DNA of 64,000 nucleotides from assembly GCA_029225225.1 (NCBI GenBank), contig JAQXWB010000065.1, positions 253 to 64,252 on the forward strand, given 5' to 3'. The position numbers were made by a program, and so were the translations under genes. How positions within the stretch are numbered: position 1 is the first letter of the stretch; each line of letters begins with the position of its first letter. The notes below the pieces were generated by a model. It saw only the letters and a program-made list of their open reading frames with translations, did not search any database and had not been told where the DNA came from. The DNA comes from Bacillota bacterium. Its GTDB lineage: Bacteria; Bacillota; Clostridia; Oscillospirales; Oscillospiraceae. Below are positions 57,529 through 64,000 of the stretch, piece by piece.

Positions 57529-57904
57529 CTGTAGTACGGGGATATGTCCCCGCCGTCCGCGAATCGGCAGACGGTACAGACGCACAGGTTTGTACGCGGT
57601 TGGTAGTTCCTGCACGGGATTGCCGCGTCGCTGCGCTCCTCGCAATGACATAATTGGCTACCCTATCTGTCATTGCGAAACCAGTGCGCACACTGGTCGT
57701 GGCAATCTTGTGCCGTTGGTAGTATGCAGTCGGTAGTTCCTGCACGGGATTGCCGCGTCGCTGCGCTCCTCGCAATGACATAATAGGCTACCCTATCTGT
57801 CATTGCGAGACCAGTGCGCACACTGGTCGTGGCAATCTTGTGCCGTTGGGTAGTATGCAGTCGGTAGTTCCTTCACCGGCTTAGGACATGTCCCCACCCT
57901 ACAG
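57529..57904. repeat. Repeat locus R18 (C, K, two tandem [A1rev-A2-K] units of 130-131 bp, Crev)
   Basis: GGTAGTTCC junctions at 57602, 57732 and 57863. Flanked by CTGTAGTACGGGGATATGTCCCCGCC and GGACATGTCCCCACCCTACAG. Confidence 0.9.
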
Positions 57905-57949
57905 AGTCAGTATAACATATTTTGCCGTCGAAGTCTGTTAAGAAAATAT

Positions 57950-57992
57950 AAAAAAGAAAAAACGCATCGGAGAAAAACTCCGATGCGTTTTG
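57950..57992. terminator. bidirectional terminator (downstream of tpiA)
   Basis: A-rich run, AACGCATCGG-loop-CCGATGCGTT, then TT. On the minus strand the hairpin is followed by a long T-rich run. Confidence 0.7.
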
Positions 57993-58009
57993 TGCAAATT
58001 GCTGATTCC

Positions 58010-58786
58010 TTATGCCGTGGGCTGGTTTGCGTCCTCGATGATCTTGACGAATTTCTCGGGGACGAGGCTTGCGCCGCCGATCAGACCACCGTCGATATCC
58101 GGCTGCGCCAGCAGCTCGTAGGCGTTCTTCTCGTTCATGGAGCCGCCGTAGAGGATGGTGGTCGCGCGGGCGTTCTTCGAGCCGAAAAGCTTACGCACGA
58201 CAACACGGATGAGCTGGCAGACTTCCTCCGCCTGCTCAGGGGTGGCGGTTCTGCCCGTGCCGATTGCCCAGATCGGCTCATAGGCGATGACGATCTTGCG
58301 GCTCTTTTCCTCGGGAATTCCCGCAAGCGCAAGCTTGATCTGCATGGTGATCCATTCCTCGGTGATGCCGCTCTCGCGCTGCTCCAAGCTCTCGCCGCAG
58401 CAGACGATGGGGATCAGTCCCGCTTCCAGAACGGTCTTGACCTTCGCGTTGACCTCCGCGTCCGTCTCGCCCATGGCGCGGCGCTCGGAGTGCCCGATAA
58501 TGACATATTTGCAGCCTGCGTCGGTCAGCATGGCAGTCGAGATCTCGCCGGTGTATGCGCCGGAAGCATTGGCGTTGCAGTTTTCCGCGCCGATGCCGAC
58601 TCTCGTCTCACGCATGGCGCGAACGGCGGCGGGGATGCACACGGCGGGGACGCACAGCGCGATATCGCACCAGCGGCCCTTCGGCAGCAGCGCCTTCAGC
58701 TCGGTCATAAATGCCTTCGTCTCCGAGGGGGTCTTATTCATCTTCCAGTTACCCGCGATCAGGGTCTTGCGGTATTTTCTGTTCAT
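58010..58786 (-). CDS. tpiA: triosephosphate isomerase
   Basis: AGNWKMN, IIGHSERR and AYEPIWAIGTG motifs. ATG 58786 verified. Confidence 0.95.
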   Translation of the reverse strand: MNRKYRKTLIAGNWKMNKTPSETKAFMTELKALLPKGRWCDIALCVPAVCIPAAVRAMRETRVGIGAENCNANASGAYTGEISTAMLTDAGCKYVIIGHSERRAMGETDAEVNAKVKTVLEAGLIPIVCCGESLEQRESGITEEWITMQIKLALAGIPEEKSRKIVIAYEPIWAIGTGRTATPEQAEEVCQLIRVVVRKLFGSKNARATTILYGGSMNEKNAYELLAQPDIDGGLIGGASLVPEKFVKIIEDANQPTA

Positions 58787-58805
58787 CGGTAATTCTCCTT
58801 CAATC

Positions 58806-60005
58806 TTACTTGTCTTGCAGGCAGGCGATGCCGGGCAGCTCCAAACCCTCAAGGAACTCAAGGCTTGCGCCGCCGCCGGTGGAAATGTGGGTGATCTTGT
58901 CCGCGAAGCCGAGCTGCTCACAGGCAGCCGCGCTGTCACCGCCACCGACGATGGTCACGGCGTCGGAATCTGCAAGCGCCTGCGCTACGGCGATGGTGCC
59001 CTTGGCGAGGGTCGGGTTCTCGAACACGCCCATAGGCCCGTTCCAAACGACGGTCTTTGCGGACTTCACGGCGTCGGCAAACAGCGCACGGGTCGCCTCG
59101 CCGATGTCTAAGCCTTCCATATCGTCGGGAATCGCGTCCGCGGCGACGGTCTTGACCTCAATCGGCCCGTCGATGGGGTTCGGGAAGCCGGCTGCAACGA
59201 CGGTGTCAATCGGGAGCAGGAGCTTGACGCCCTTCTCCTCCGCCTTCTTCATCATGTCGCGGCAGTAGTCGATCTTTTCGCTGTCCAGCAGGGACTTGCC
59301 GACGGAGTAACCCTTCGCGGCGAGGAAGGTATATGCCATGCCGCCGCCGATGATGAGGGTGTCAACCTTTTCCAGCAGGTTATTGATGACATTGAGCTTG
59401 TCGGAAACCTTCGCGCCGCCGAGGATAGCGACGAACGGACGGGTCGGGTCGGCAAGTGCCTTGCCCATAATGGAGACTTCCTTCTCCACGAGGTAGCCGC
59501 AAACGGCAGGCAGGTAGTCTGCCACGCCTGCGGTGGAGGAGTGGGCGCGGTGGGCGGTGCCGAAGGCATCGTTTACGAAGATATCCGCCATCGAAGCCAG
59601 TTCCTTGGACAGCTCGGGGTCGTTCTTCGTCTCGCCCTTCATGTAGCGGACGTTCTCGAGCAGCATAACCTCGCCGTCCTTGAGCGCGGCGGCCTTTGCC
59701 TTGGCGTCCTCGCCGACGACGTCGGCCGCCATGATGACCTGCTGACCCAGCAGCTCGCTCAGACGGTCAGCGACGACCTTCAGAGACAGCTCGGGCTTCC
59801 ACTCGCCCTTGGGCTTGCCCATATGGGAGCAGAGAATGACGCGGGCACCGTGCTTGATGAGATATTCAATGGTGGGCAGTGCGGCGACGATGCGCTTGTC
59901 GCTGGTGATCTTGCCGTCCTTGGTGGGAACGTTGAAATCACAGCGGCACAGCACACGCTTTCCCTGCACATCAACGGATTCTACGGATTTCTTGTTGTAG
60001 TTCAT
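58806..60005 (-). CDS. pgk: phosphoglycerate kinase
   Basis: RCDFNVP N-terminal motif, 399 aa. AGGAGGTA RBS. ATG 60005 verified. Confidence 0.95.
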   Translation of the reverse strand: MNYNKKSVESVDVQGKRVLCRCDFNVPTKDGKITSDKRIVAALPTIEYLIKHGARVILCSHMGKPKGEWKPELSLKVVADRLSELLGQQVIMAADVVGEDAKAKAAALKDGEVMLLENVRYMKGETKNDPELSKELASMADIFVNDAFGTAHRAHSSTAGVADYLPAVCGYLVEKEVSIMGKALADPTRPFVAILGGAKVSDKLNVINNLLEKVDTLIIGGGMAYTFLAAKGYSVGKSLLDSEKIDYCRDMMKKAEEKGVKLLLPIDTVVAAGFPNPIDGPIEVKTVAADAIPDDMEGLDIGEATRALFADAVKSAKTVVWNGPMGVFENPTLAKGTIAVAQALADSDAVTIVGGGDSAAACEQLGFADKITHISTGGGASLEFLEGLELPGIACLQDK

Positions 60006-60056
60006 GGTGTACCTCCTAAATAATAAATGCGGTTGCATGGTTTAACGTAAGATTAA

Positions 60057-60097
60057 GTGAATAGTGAATTGCGTGATTACTTGTTCACTGTTCACTG
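60057..60097. repeat. Repeat locus R19: inverted heptamer arrays only
   Basis: GTGAATAGTGAAT-tgcgtgattactt-GTTCACTGTTCACTG. It contains the trmL stop codon. Confidence 0.7.
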
Positions 60098-60583
60098 TGC
60101 GGCGTCTTTCATCTTCCCATAGTCCTTCAAATGGGGGAAGTCTAACTGGCGCAGGGCTTCAAAGACGCCGACGGCGACGGAATTGCTCAAATTCAGGCTC
60201 CGTGCCTCCTCGCGCATCGGGATGCGGACGCAGCTTTCATCGTGCGCGTCCAAAAAGTCCTCTGGCAGACCCTTTGTCTCTCTGCCGAAAAACAGGTAGC
60301 AGCCGTCGCAATAATCCGCCTCGGCATAGGAGCGCGGCGCTTTCGTGGAAAACAGGCGCATTTGACGCACCTCGTTTTTCTCGAAGAAATCCGCAAGGCT
60401 TTCGTAGACGCGGACATCGACCAGATGCCAATAATCCAGCCCCGCGCGTTTGACGGCGGAAGCGGAGATATCAAAGCCGAGCGGCTTGATCAGATGTAAG
60501 ACGGAGCCGGTGGCGGCACAGGTACGGGCGATATTGCCGGTGTTCTGCGGAATCTCCGGCGCGACAAGGACGACATTCAGCAT
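60092..60583 (-). CDS. trmL: tRNA (cytidine/uridine-2'-O)-methyltransferase TrmL
   Basis: SpoU/TrmH fold motifs: PQNTGNIARTC, LFFGRETKGLP, SLNLSNSVAV. The stop codon lies inside heptamer repeat R19. Confidence 0.85.
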   Translation of the reverse strand: MLNVVLVAPEIPQNTGNIARTCAATGSVLHLIKPLGFDISASAVKRAGLDYWHLVDVRVYESLADFFEKNEVRQMRLFSTKAPRSYAEADYCDGCYLFFGRETKGLPEDFLDAHDESCVRIPMREEARSLNLSNSVAVGVFEALRQLDFPHLKDYGKMKDAAQ

Positions 60584-60738
60584 GATTTTGATCCTCTGCG
60601 GGGCGCGGAGTTTTTGGATGTTTGCGAACGCCCCAAAATGCTACGAGCTATATTCTATGATAAACTGATCCAAAATTCAACCGTTTTTCTGCAAATTTCA
60701 AAAATTTTTCACACATTTCCAAGCAAAAAAAACGACGG

Positions 60739-60767
60739 TTGCGTTTTGCGGGGAAATGCGCTATACT
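60739..60767 (+). promoter_or_regulatory. candidate promoter for the chrA pair
   Basis: TTGCGT, 17 nt, TATACT. Repeat locus R20 (about 240 bp) lies between it and the chrA start. Confidence 0.4.
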
Positions 60768-60813
60768 AAGTAAAATAAAGATTGTGTGAAGAAGTGCCCG
60801 CGGAGCGCTCCTT

Positions 60814-61052
60814 TGTCATTGCGAGACCGGTGCGCACACTGGTCGTGGCAATCTTCGGTTGCAGATTTATATGCAGTTGGTGATTCCTGCACGAGATTGC
60901 CACGTCGCTTCGCTCCTCGCAATGACACGGAGAGGCAACCCTTATTTGCCATTGCGAGACCGGTGCGCACACTGGTTGCGGCAATCTTCGGTTGCAGGTT
61001 TGTATGCAGTTGCTAGTTTCTGCACCGGTGGGGACGTGTCCTAAGCCCTACA
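60814..61052. repeat. Repeat locus R20 (A2-K-A1rev, A2-K, degenerate Crev) in the chrA leader
   Basis: A2 copies at 60814 and 60947, a 133-bp period. Ends with GGGGACGTGTCCTAAGCCCTACA. Confidence 0.85.
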
Positions 61053-61082
61053 AGAGGTTTTGCGATTAAAGGAGGTCTTTTC

Positions 61083-61652
61083 ATGCCCCTGCGGGAGCGA
61101 GTGAAAAAGGCGCTGCGGCTGTTCTTGATTTTTCTCAAGATCGGCGCGTTTACCTTTGGCGGCGGCTACGCCATGATCCCGCTGATCGAGTATGAGACGG
61201 CGGAAAAGCGCAGCTTGATTGAAAAAGACGAGATCTCCGACATTGTTGCCATTGCCGAGTCCACCCCCGGGCCCATTGCTGTGAACTCCGCTACCTTCGT
61301 CGGCTGCCGCACGGCGGGCTTCCTCGGCGCGTTCGCCGCGACGGTCGGTGTGGTGCTGCCCTCATTTATCATCATTCTGCTGATTGCGTTTTTCCTGCGC
61401 CGCGTGATGGACTACCGTATCGTGCAGTACGCCTTTTTCGGTATCCGCGCGGGCGTGCTGGCGCTGATTGTCAAGGCGGTCGTCTCGTTTTGGAGACGCG
61501 CGGAGCATAACGGCTTCTCTTGGTGCGTGATGGTCGCGGCGTTTCTCTGGGCGGCGATCCTCGATTGGAGCGTCATTGCTCTGATCGCCCTGTGCGGTCT
61601 GGCGGGCTTTGTCTACTGCCTTGTGCAGCGAAGGCGGGGTGCGACGCAATGA
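61083..61652 (+). CDS. chrA: chromate transporter family protein (half-size, N)
   Basis: FLKIGAFTFGGGYAMIPLI CHR motif. AAGGAGG RBS. Confidence 0.8.
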   Translation: MPLRERVKKALRLFLIFLKIGAFTFGGGYAMIPLIEYETAEKRSLIEKDEISDIVAIAESTPGPIAVNSATFVGCRTAGFLGAFAATVGVVLPSFIIILLIAFFLRRVMDYRIVQYAFFGIRAGVLALIVKAVVSFWRRAEHNGFSWCVMVAAFLWAAILDWSVIALIALCGLAGFVYCLVQRRRGATQ

Positions 61653-62218
61653 TGTGCCTGCTCGAGCTGTTCTATACCTTTTTTAAAATCGGCCTGTTCA
61701 CCTTCGGCGGCGGCTACGCGATGCTGCCGCTCATTCAGGCCGAGGTCGTCGCCCACGGCTGGCTGACGGTAGAGGGTCTGGTCGATTTTGTCGCCGTCAG
61801 CGAATCCACGCCCGGCCCCTTCGCCATCAACATCTCAACCTATGTCGGCGCGGAGACGGCGGGCATACTCGGTGCGCTTGCGGCGACAATGGGCGTCGTG
61901 CTGCCCTCGTTCCTCGTTATTTTAATTGTCGCAAAGTTTTATGTGAAATTCAAAAACAGCCGCGCGGTGAGCGGCGTGATGTACGGCTTGCGTCCGGCGG
62001 TCGTCGGACTGATGGCGTGCGCCCTGTGGGGAATGCTCCCGACGGTGTTTTTCCACAGCGGAGCGATCTCGTGGCGCGCGGTGATTCAACCCGAATTTTT
62101 GTGTACCGCCGGGATTTTTACCGTCGCCGTGATTGCGGCGCTGAAAAAGGTCAGCCCGATTTTGATCATCGTTTGCTCTGCCGCCCTCGGCATCGTCTGC
62201 GGACTGCTCTTTTTATGA
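61649..62218 (+). CDS. chrA: chromate transporter family protein (half-size, C)
   Basis: FFKIGLFTFGGGYAMLPLI CHR motif. ATGA overlap with the preceding half. Confidence 0.8.
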   Translation: MMCLLELFYTFFKIGLFTFGGGYAMLPLIQAEVVAHGWLTVEGLVDFVAVSESTPGPFAINISTYVGAETAGILGALAATMGVVLPSFLVILIVAKFYVKFKNSRAVSGVMYGLRPAVVGLMACALWGMLPTVFFHSGAISWRAVIQPEFLCTAGIFTVAVIAALKKVSPILIIVCSAALGIVCGLLFL

Positions 62219-62249
62219 GAGCAGCGGCTTGACGAAGGCTGAATGATAA

Positions 62250-62470
62250 TGTAGAACTCAGGACATGTTCCTGCCGACCGCGCAAGGGGAAGACGAGCAA
62301 ATCTGAATGCAGCCGGTAGTTCCTGCAAGAGGGCGGCTGATAGCTGCCCCTACAGCGCGACTTCCGCCTGTTCTCGTAGGGGCGGCTATCAGCTGGCCGC
62401 CGGGATGTAGAAACAAGCTTATACGCAGCCGGTAGTTCCTGCACCGGCTTGGGACGTGTCCACGCCCTAC
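62250..62470. repeat. Repeat locus R21 (degenerate C - K - Brev - B - K - degenerate Crev) upstream of trkH
   Basis: TGTAGAACTCAGGACATGTTCCTGCC...CCGGTAGTTCCTGCAAGAGGGCGGCTGATAGCTGCCCCTACAG...GTAGGGGCGGCTATCAGCTGGCC...CCGGTAGTTCCTGCACCGGCTTGGGACGTGTCCACGCCCTAC. Confidence 0.85.
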
Positions 62471-62532
62471 TTTCATTGCTGTTGGCATCAAAAGAAACCC
62501 GCCGCTTTTTGCGGGGGTTTGGAGGACTTTTT

Positions 62533-63870
62533 ATGAAGAAGAGAAAGCTTCGTCTGTCACCGGCACGCTTGATCGCGCTGGGGTTTTTTATTGTGATTCT
62601 GGTCGGCGCGCTGCTTTTGACGCTGCCCTTTGCGTCGAAGGACGGTTCTGCGAATTTCCTTGACGCACTGTTTACCTCAACGAGCGCCACCTGCGTGACG
62701 GGCTTGGTTGTGCGCGACACCTTCACCGGCTGGACGACCTTCGGGCAGCTCGTGATTCTGCTTTTGATCCAGCTCGGCGGTCTCGGCTTCATGACCGTCA
62801 TTACGCTGATCTCCTTTGCCCTCGGCAAGCGGCTGGGACTGTATGACCGCAAGGTGCTGATGCAGTCGGCGGGCAACATCTCCCTCTCCGGCATCGGCGG
62901 ACTGATCCGAAGAATCGTGCCGTTCACCTTTGTCTTTGAACTGCTCGGCGCGGTACTGCTCGCGATCCGCTTTGTGCCGGACTTCGGCTGGCTGCGCGGG
63001 ATCTATTTCTCCGTGTTCCATTCCATCTCCGCCTTCTGCAACGCGGGCTTCGATCTGATGGGCTTCCGAACGCCGTATTCTTCTTTGACGGCGTATGTGA
63101 ATGACCCCATTGTAAATCTGACCATCTGCGCGCTGATCGTTGTCGGCGGCTTGGGCTTCCTCGTCTGGCGCGACATGGCAAGAAACAAGTGGCGCTGGTC
63201 GAAATATCAGCTGCACACCAAGCTGGTGCTGTTTACGACGGGCGTGCTGATTCTCGGCGGCTGGCTTCTGTTTTTCGTATTCGAGCGCGATGCCTCCATG
63301 GCAGGTCTGTCTGTCCCGCAGCGCGTGCTTGCCTCGCTGTTCCAGTCGATCACGCCCCGCACGGCGGGCTTTAACACAGTGGACATGGCGGCGCTGAGCG
63401 AATCGGGTAATCTGCTCACCAATGTGTTCATGCTCATCGGCGGCAGCCCCGGCTCCACGGCGGGCGGTATCAAAACCACCACCGTTGCGGTATTGATTTT
63501 GAGCGCGATTACCTCCGCCCGCGGACGCTCCCGTGTCAACGCTTTCCGCTACAGCATCGACCGCGATACCCTGCGGCAGGCGTGCTCGATCCTGATGATC
63601 TACCTGATTATGGCGATTACAGCAATCCTTGCAATCTGCGCGCTCGAGCCGATCACGCTTCCGCAGGCGATGTTCGAGGTGAACTCCGCCATTGCCACGG
63701 TCGGACTCTCCATGGGCATCACCGCAAGCCTCGGTATTGCAAGCCGAATTATTCTTATTTTATTAATGTACGCCGGACGAATCGGCGGGCTGACCTTCGT
63801 GCTGCTCTTCTCCGAGCGGCGCACCGAGCCGCCCGTGGATCGCCCGAACGGGAAAATATTGATCGGATAA
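62533..63870 (+). CDS. trkH: TrkH/KtrB-family potassium transporter membrane subunit
   Basis: FTSTSATCVTGL and GGSPGSTAGGIKTTT selectivity-filter-like motifs. ATG 62533 follows GGAGGA. Confidence 0.85.
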   Translation: MKKRKLRLSPARLIALGFFIVILVGALLLTLPFASKDGSANFLDALFTSTSATCVTGLVVRDTFTGWTTFGQLVILLLIQLGGLGFMTVITLISFALGKRLGLYDRKVLMQSAGNISLSGIGGLIRRIVPFTFVFELLGAVLLAIRFVPDFGWLRGIYFSVFHSISAFCNAGFDLMGFRTPYSSLTAYVNDPIVNLTICALIVVGGLGFLVWRDMARNKWRWSKYQLHTKLVLFTTGVLILGGWLLFFVFERDASMAGLSVPQRVLASLFQSITPRTAGFNTVDMAALSESGNLLTNVFMLIGGSPGSTAGGIKTTTVAVLILSAITSARGRSRVNAFRYSIDRDTLRQACSILMIYLIMAITAILAICALEPITLPQAMFEVNSAIATVGLSMGITASLGIASRIILILLMYAGRIGGLTFVLLFSERRTEPPVDRPNGKILIG

Positions 63871-63883
63871 ACAGGAGGATAGA

Positions 63884-64000
63884 ATGATGAAATCCGTTTT
63901 GATTATCGGCATGGGCCGCATGGGGCGGCATCTTGCGAAAAGAATGCACCAGCTCGGCAACGATGTGATGATCGTAGACAACAACCCTGCGATCATTGAG
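63884..64000 (+). CDS. trkA: TrkA/KtrA-family NAD-binding subunit (5' fragment, runs off the window)
   Basis: Hand-read MMKSVLIIGMGRMGRHLAKRMHQLGNDVMIVDNNPAIIE, a Rossmann GxGxxG. AGGAGGA RBS. Confidence 0.75.
   Translation, partial: MMKSVLIIGMGRMGRHLAKRMHQLGNDVMIVDNNPAIIE

Noticed and set aside
62219-62532. c-di-AMP (ydaO/kimA-type) riboswitch upstream of the trkH/trkA potassium uptake genes.
   Set aside because: The region is almost entirely accounted for by repeat locus R21 plus a short GC hairpin (62494-62520). I saw none of the conserved ydaO motifs. A cmscan run would settle it.

Overview
Chromosomal window from a high-GC Gram-positive anaerobe. The Bacillota/Clostridia assignment is an inference from gene content: spo0A-type regulator, sepF-divIVA, T-box-controlled ileS, Firmicute-consensus parS, CODH/ACS. 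I support about 58 CDS, mostly housekeeping. They include rpmH-rnpA-yidD-yidC-jag; parA-parB-(coiled-coil)-serS-mscL; lexA; rlmD; miaB-mutS-(CPBP protease)-mutL-miaA-hfq; yggS-sepF-divIVA-ileS; arcA; mtaB; cooS-cooC-acsB; pta; pgk-tpiA; trmL; a split chrA pair; and trkH-trkA. I recognised no rRNA, tRNA, CRISPR array, transposase or integrase.

The most unusual feature is a modular, nested palindromic repeat family. GTAG plus a GC-rich hairpin makes it REP/REPIN-like, and it also carries 'GTCATTGCGAG...' modules and GTGAATA heptamer arrays. It fills most intergenic spaces: about 21 hand-delimited loci, roughly 4.8 kb or about 7% of the window. It sits inside operons and 5' UTRs, donates the last codons or stop of several genes, and occurs in frame inside the mutL linker.

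Other points worth a second look:
- A visibly AT-richer three-gene islet (23.2-26.5 kb) downstream of rlmD encodes a P-loop protein, a small Cys-rich protein and a Schlafen/AlbA_2-HATPase_c_4-wHTH protein. The last is flanked by seven TTTCAAG direct repeats.
- A Spo0A homolog has a canonical DNA-binding domain but a degenerate receiver acidic pocket.
- There are two perfect parS sites.
- A second 166-bp hairpin element is present in two copies.
- A three-gene CODH/ACS module has no corrinoid or methyltransferase partners in view.

I did not find a clear-cut multi-gene novel system. The islet and the repeat family are the best candidates, and both need genome-wide and database checks that I cannot run.
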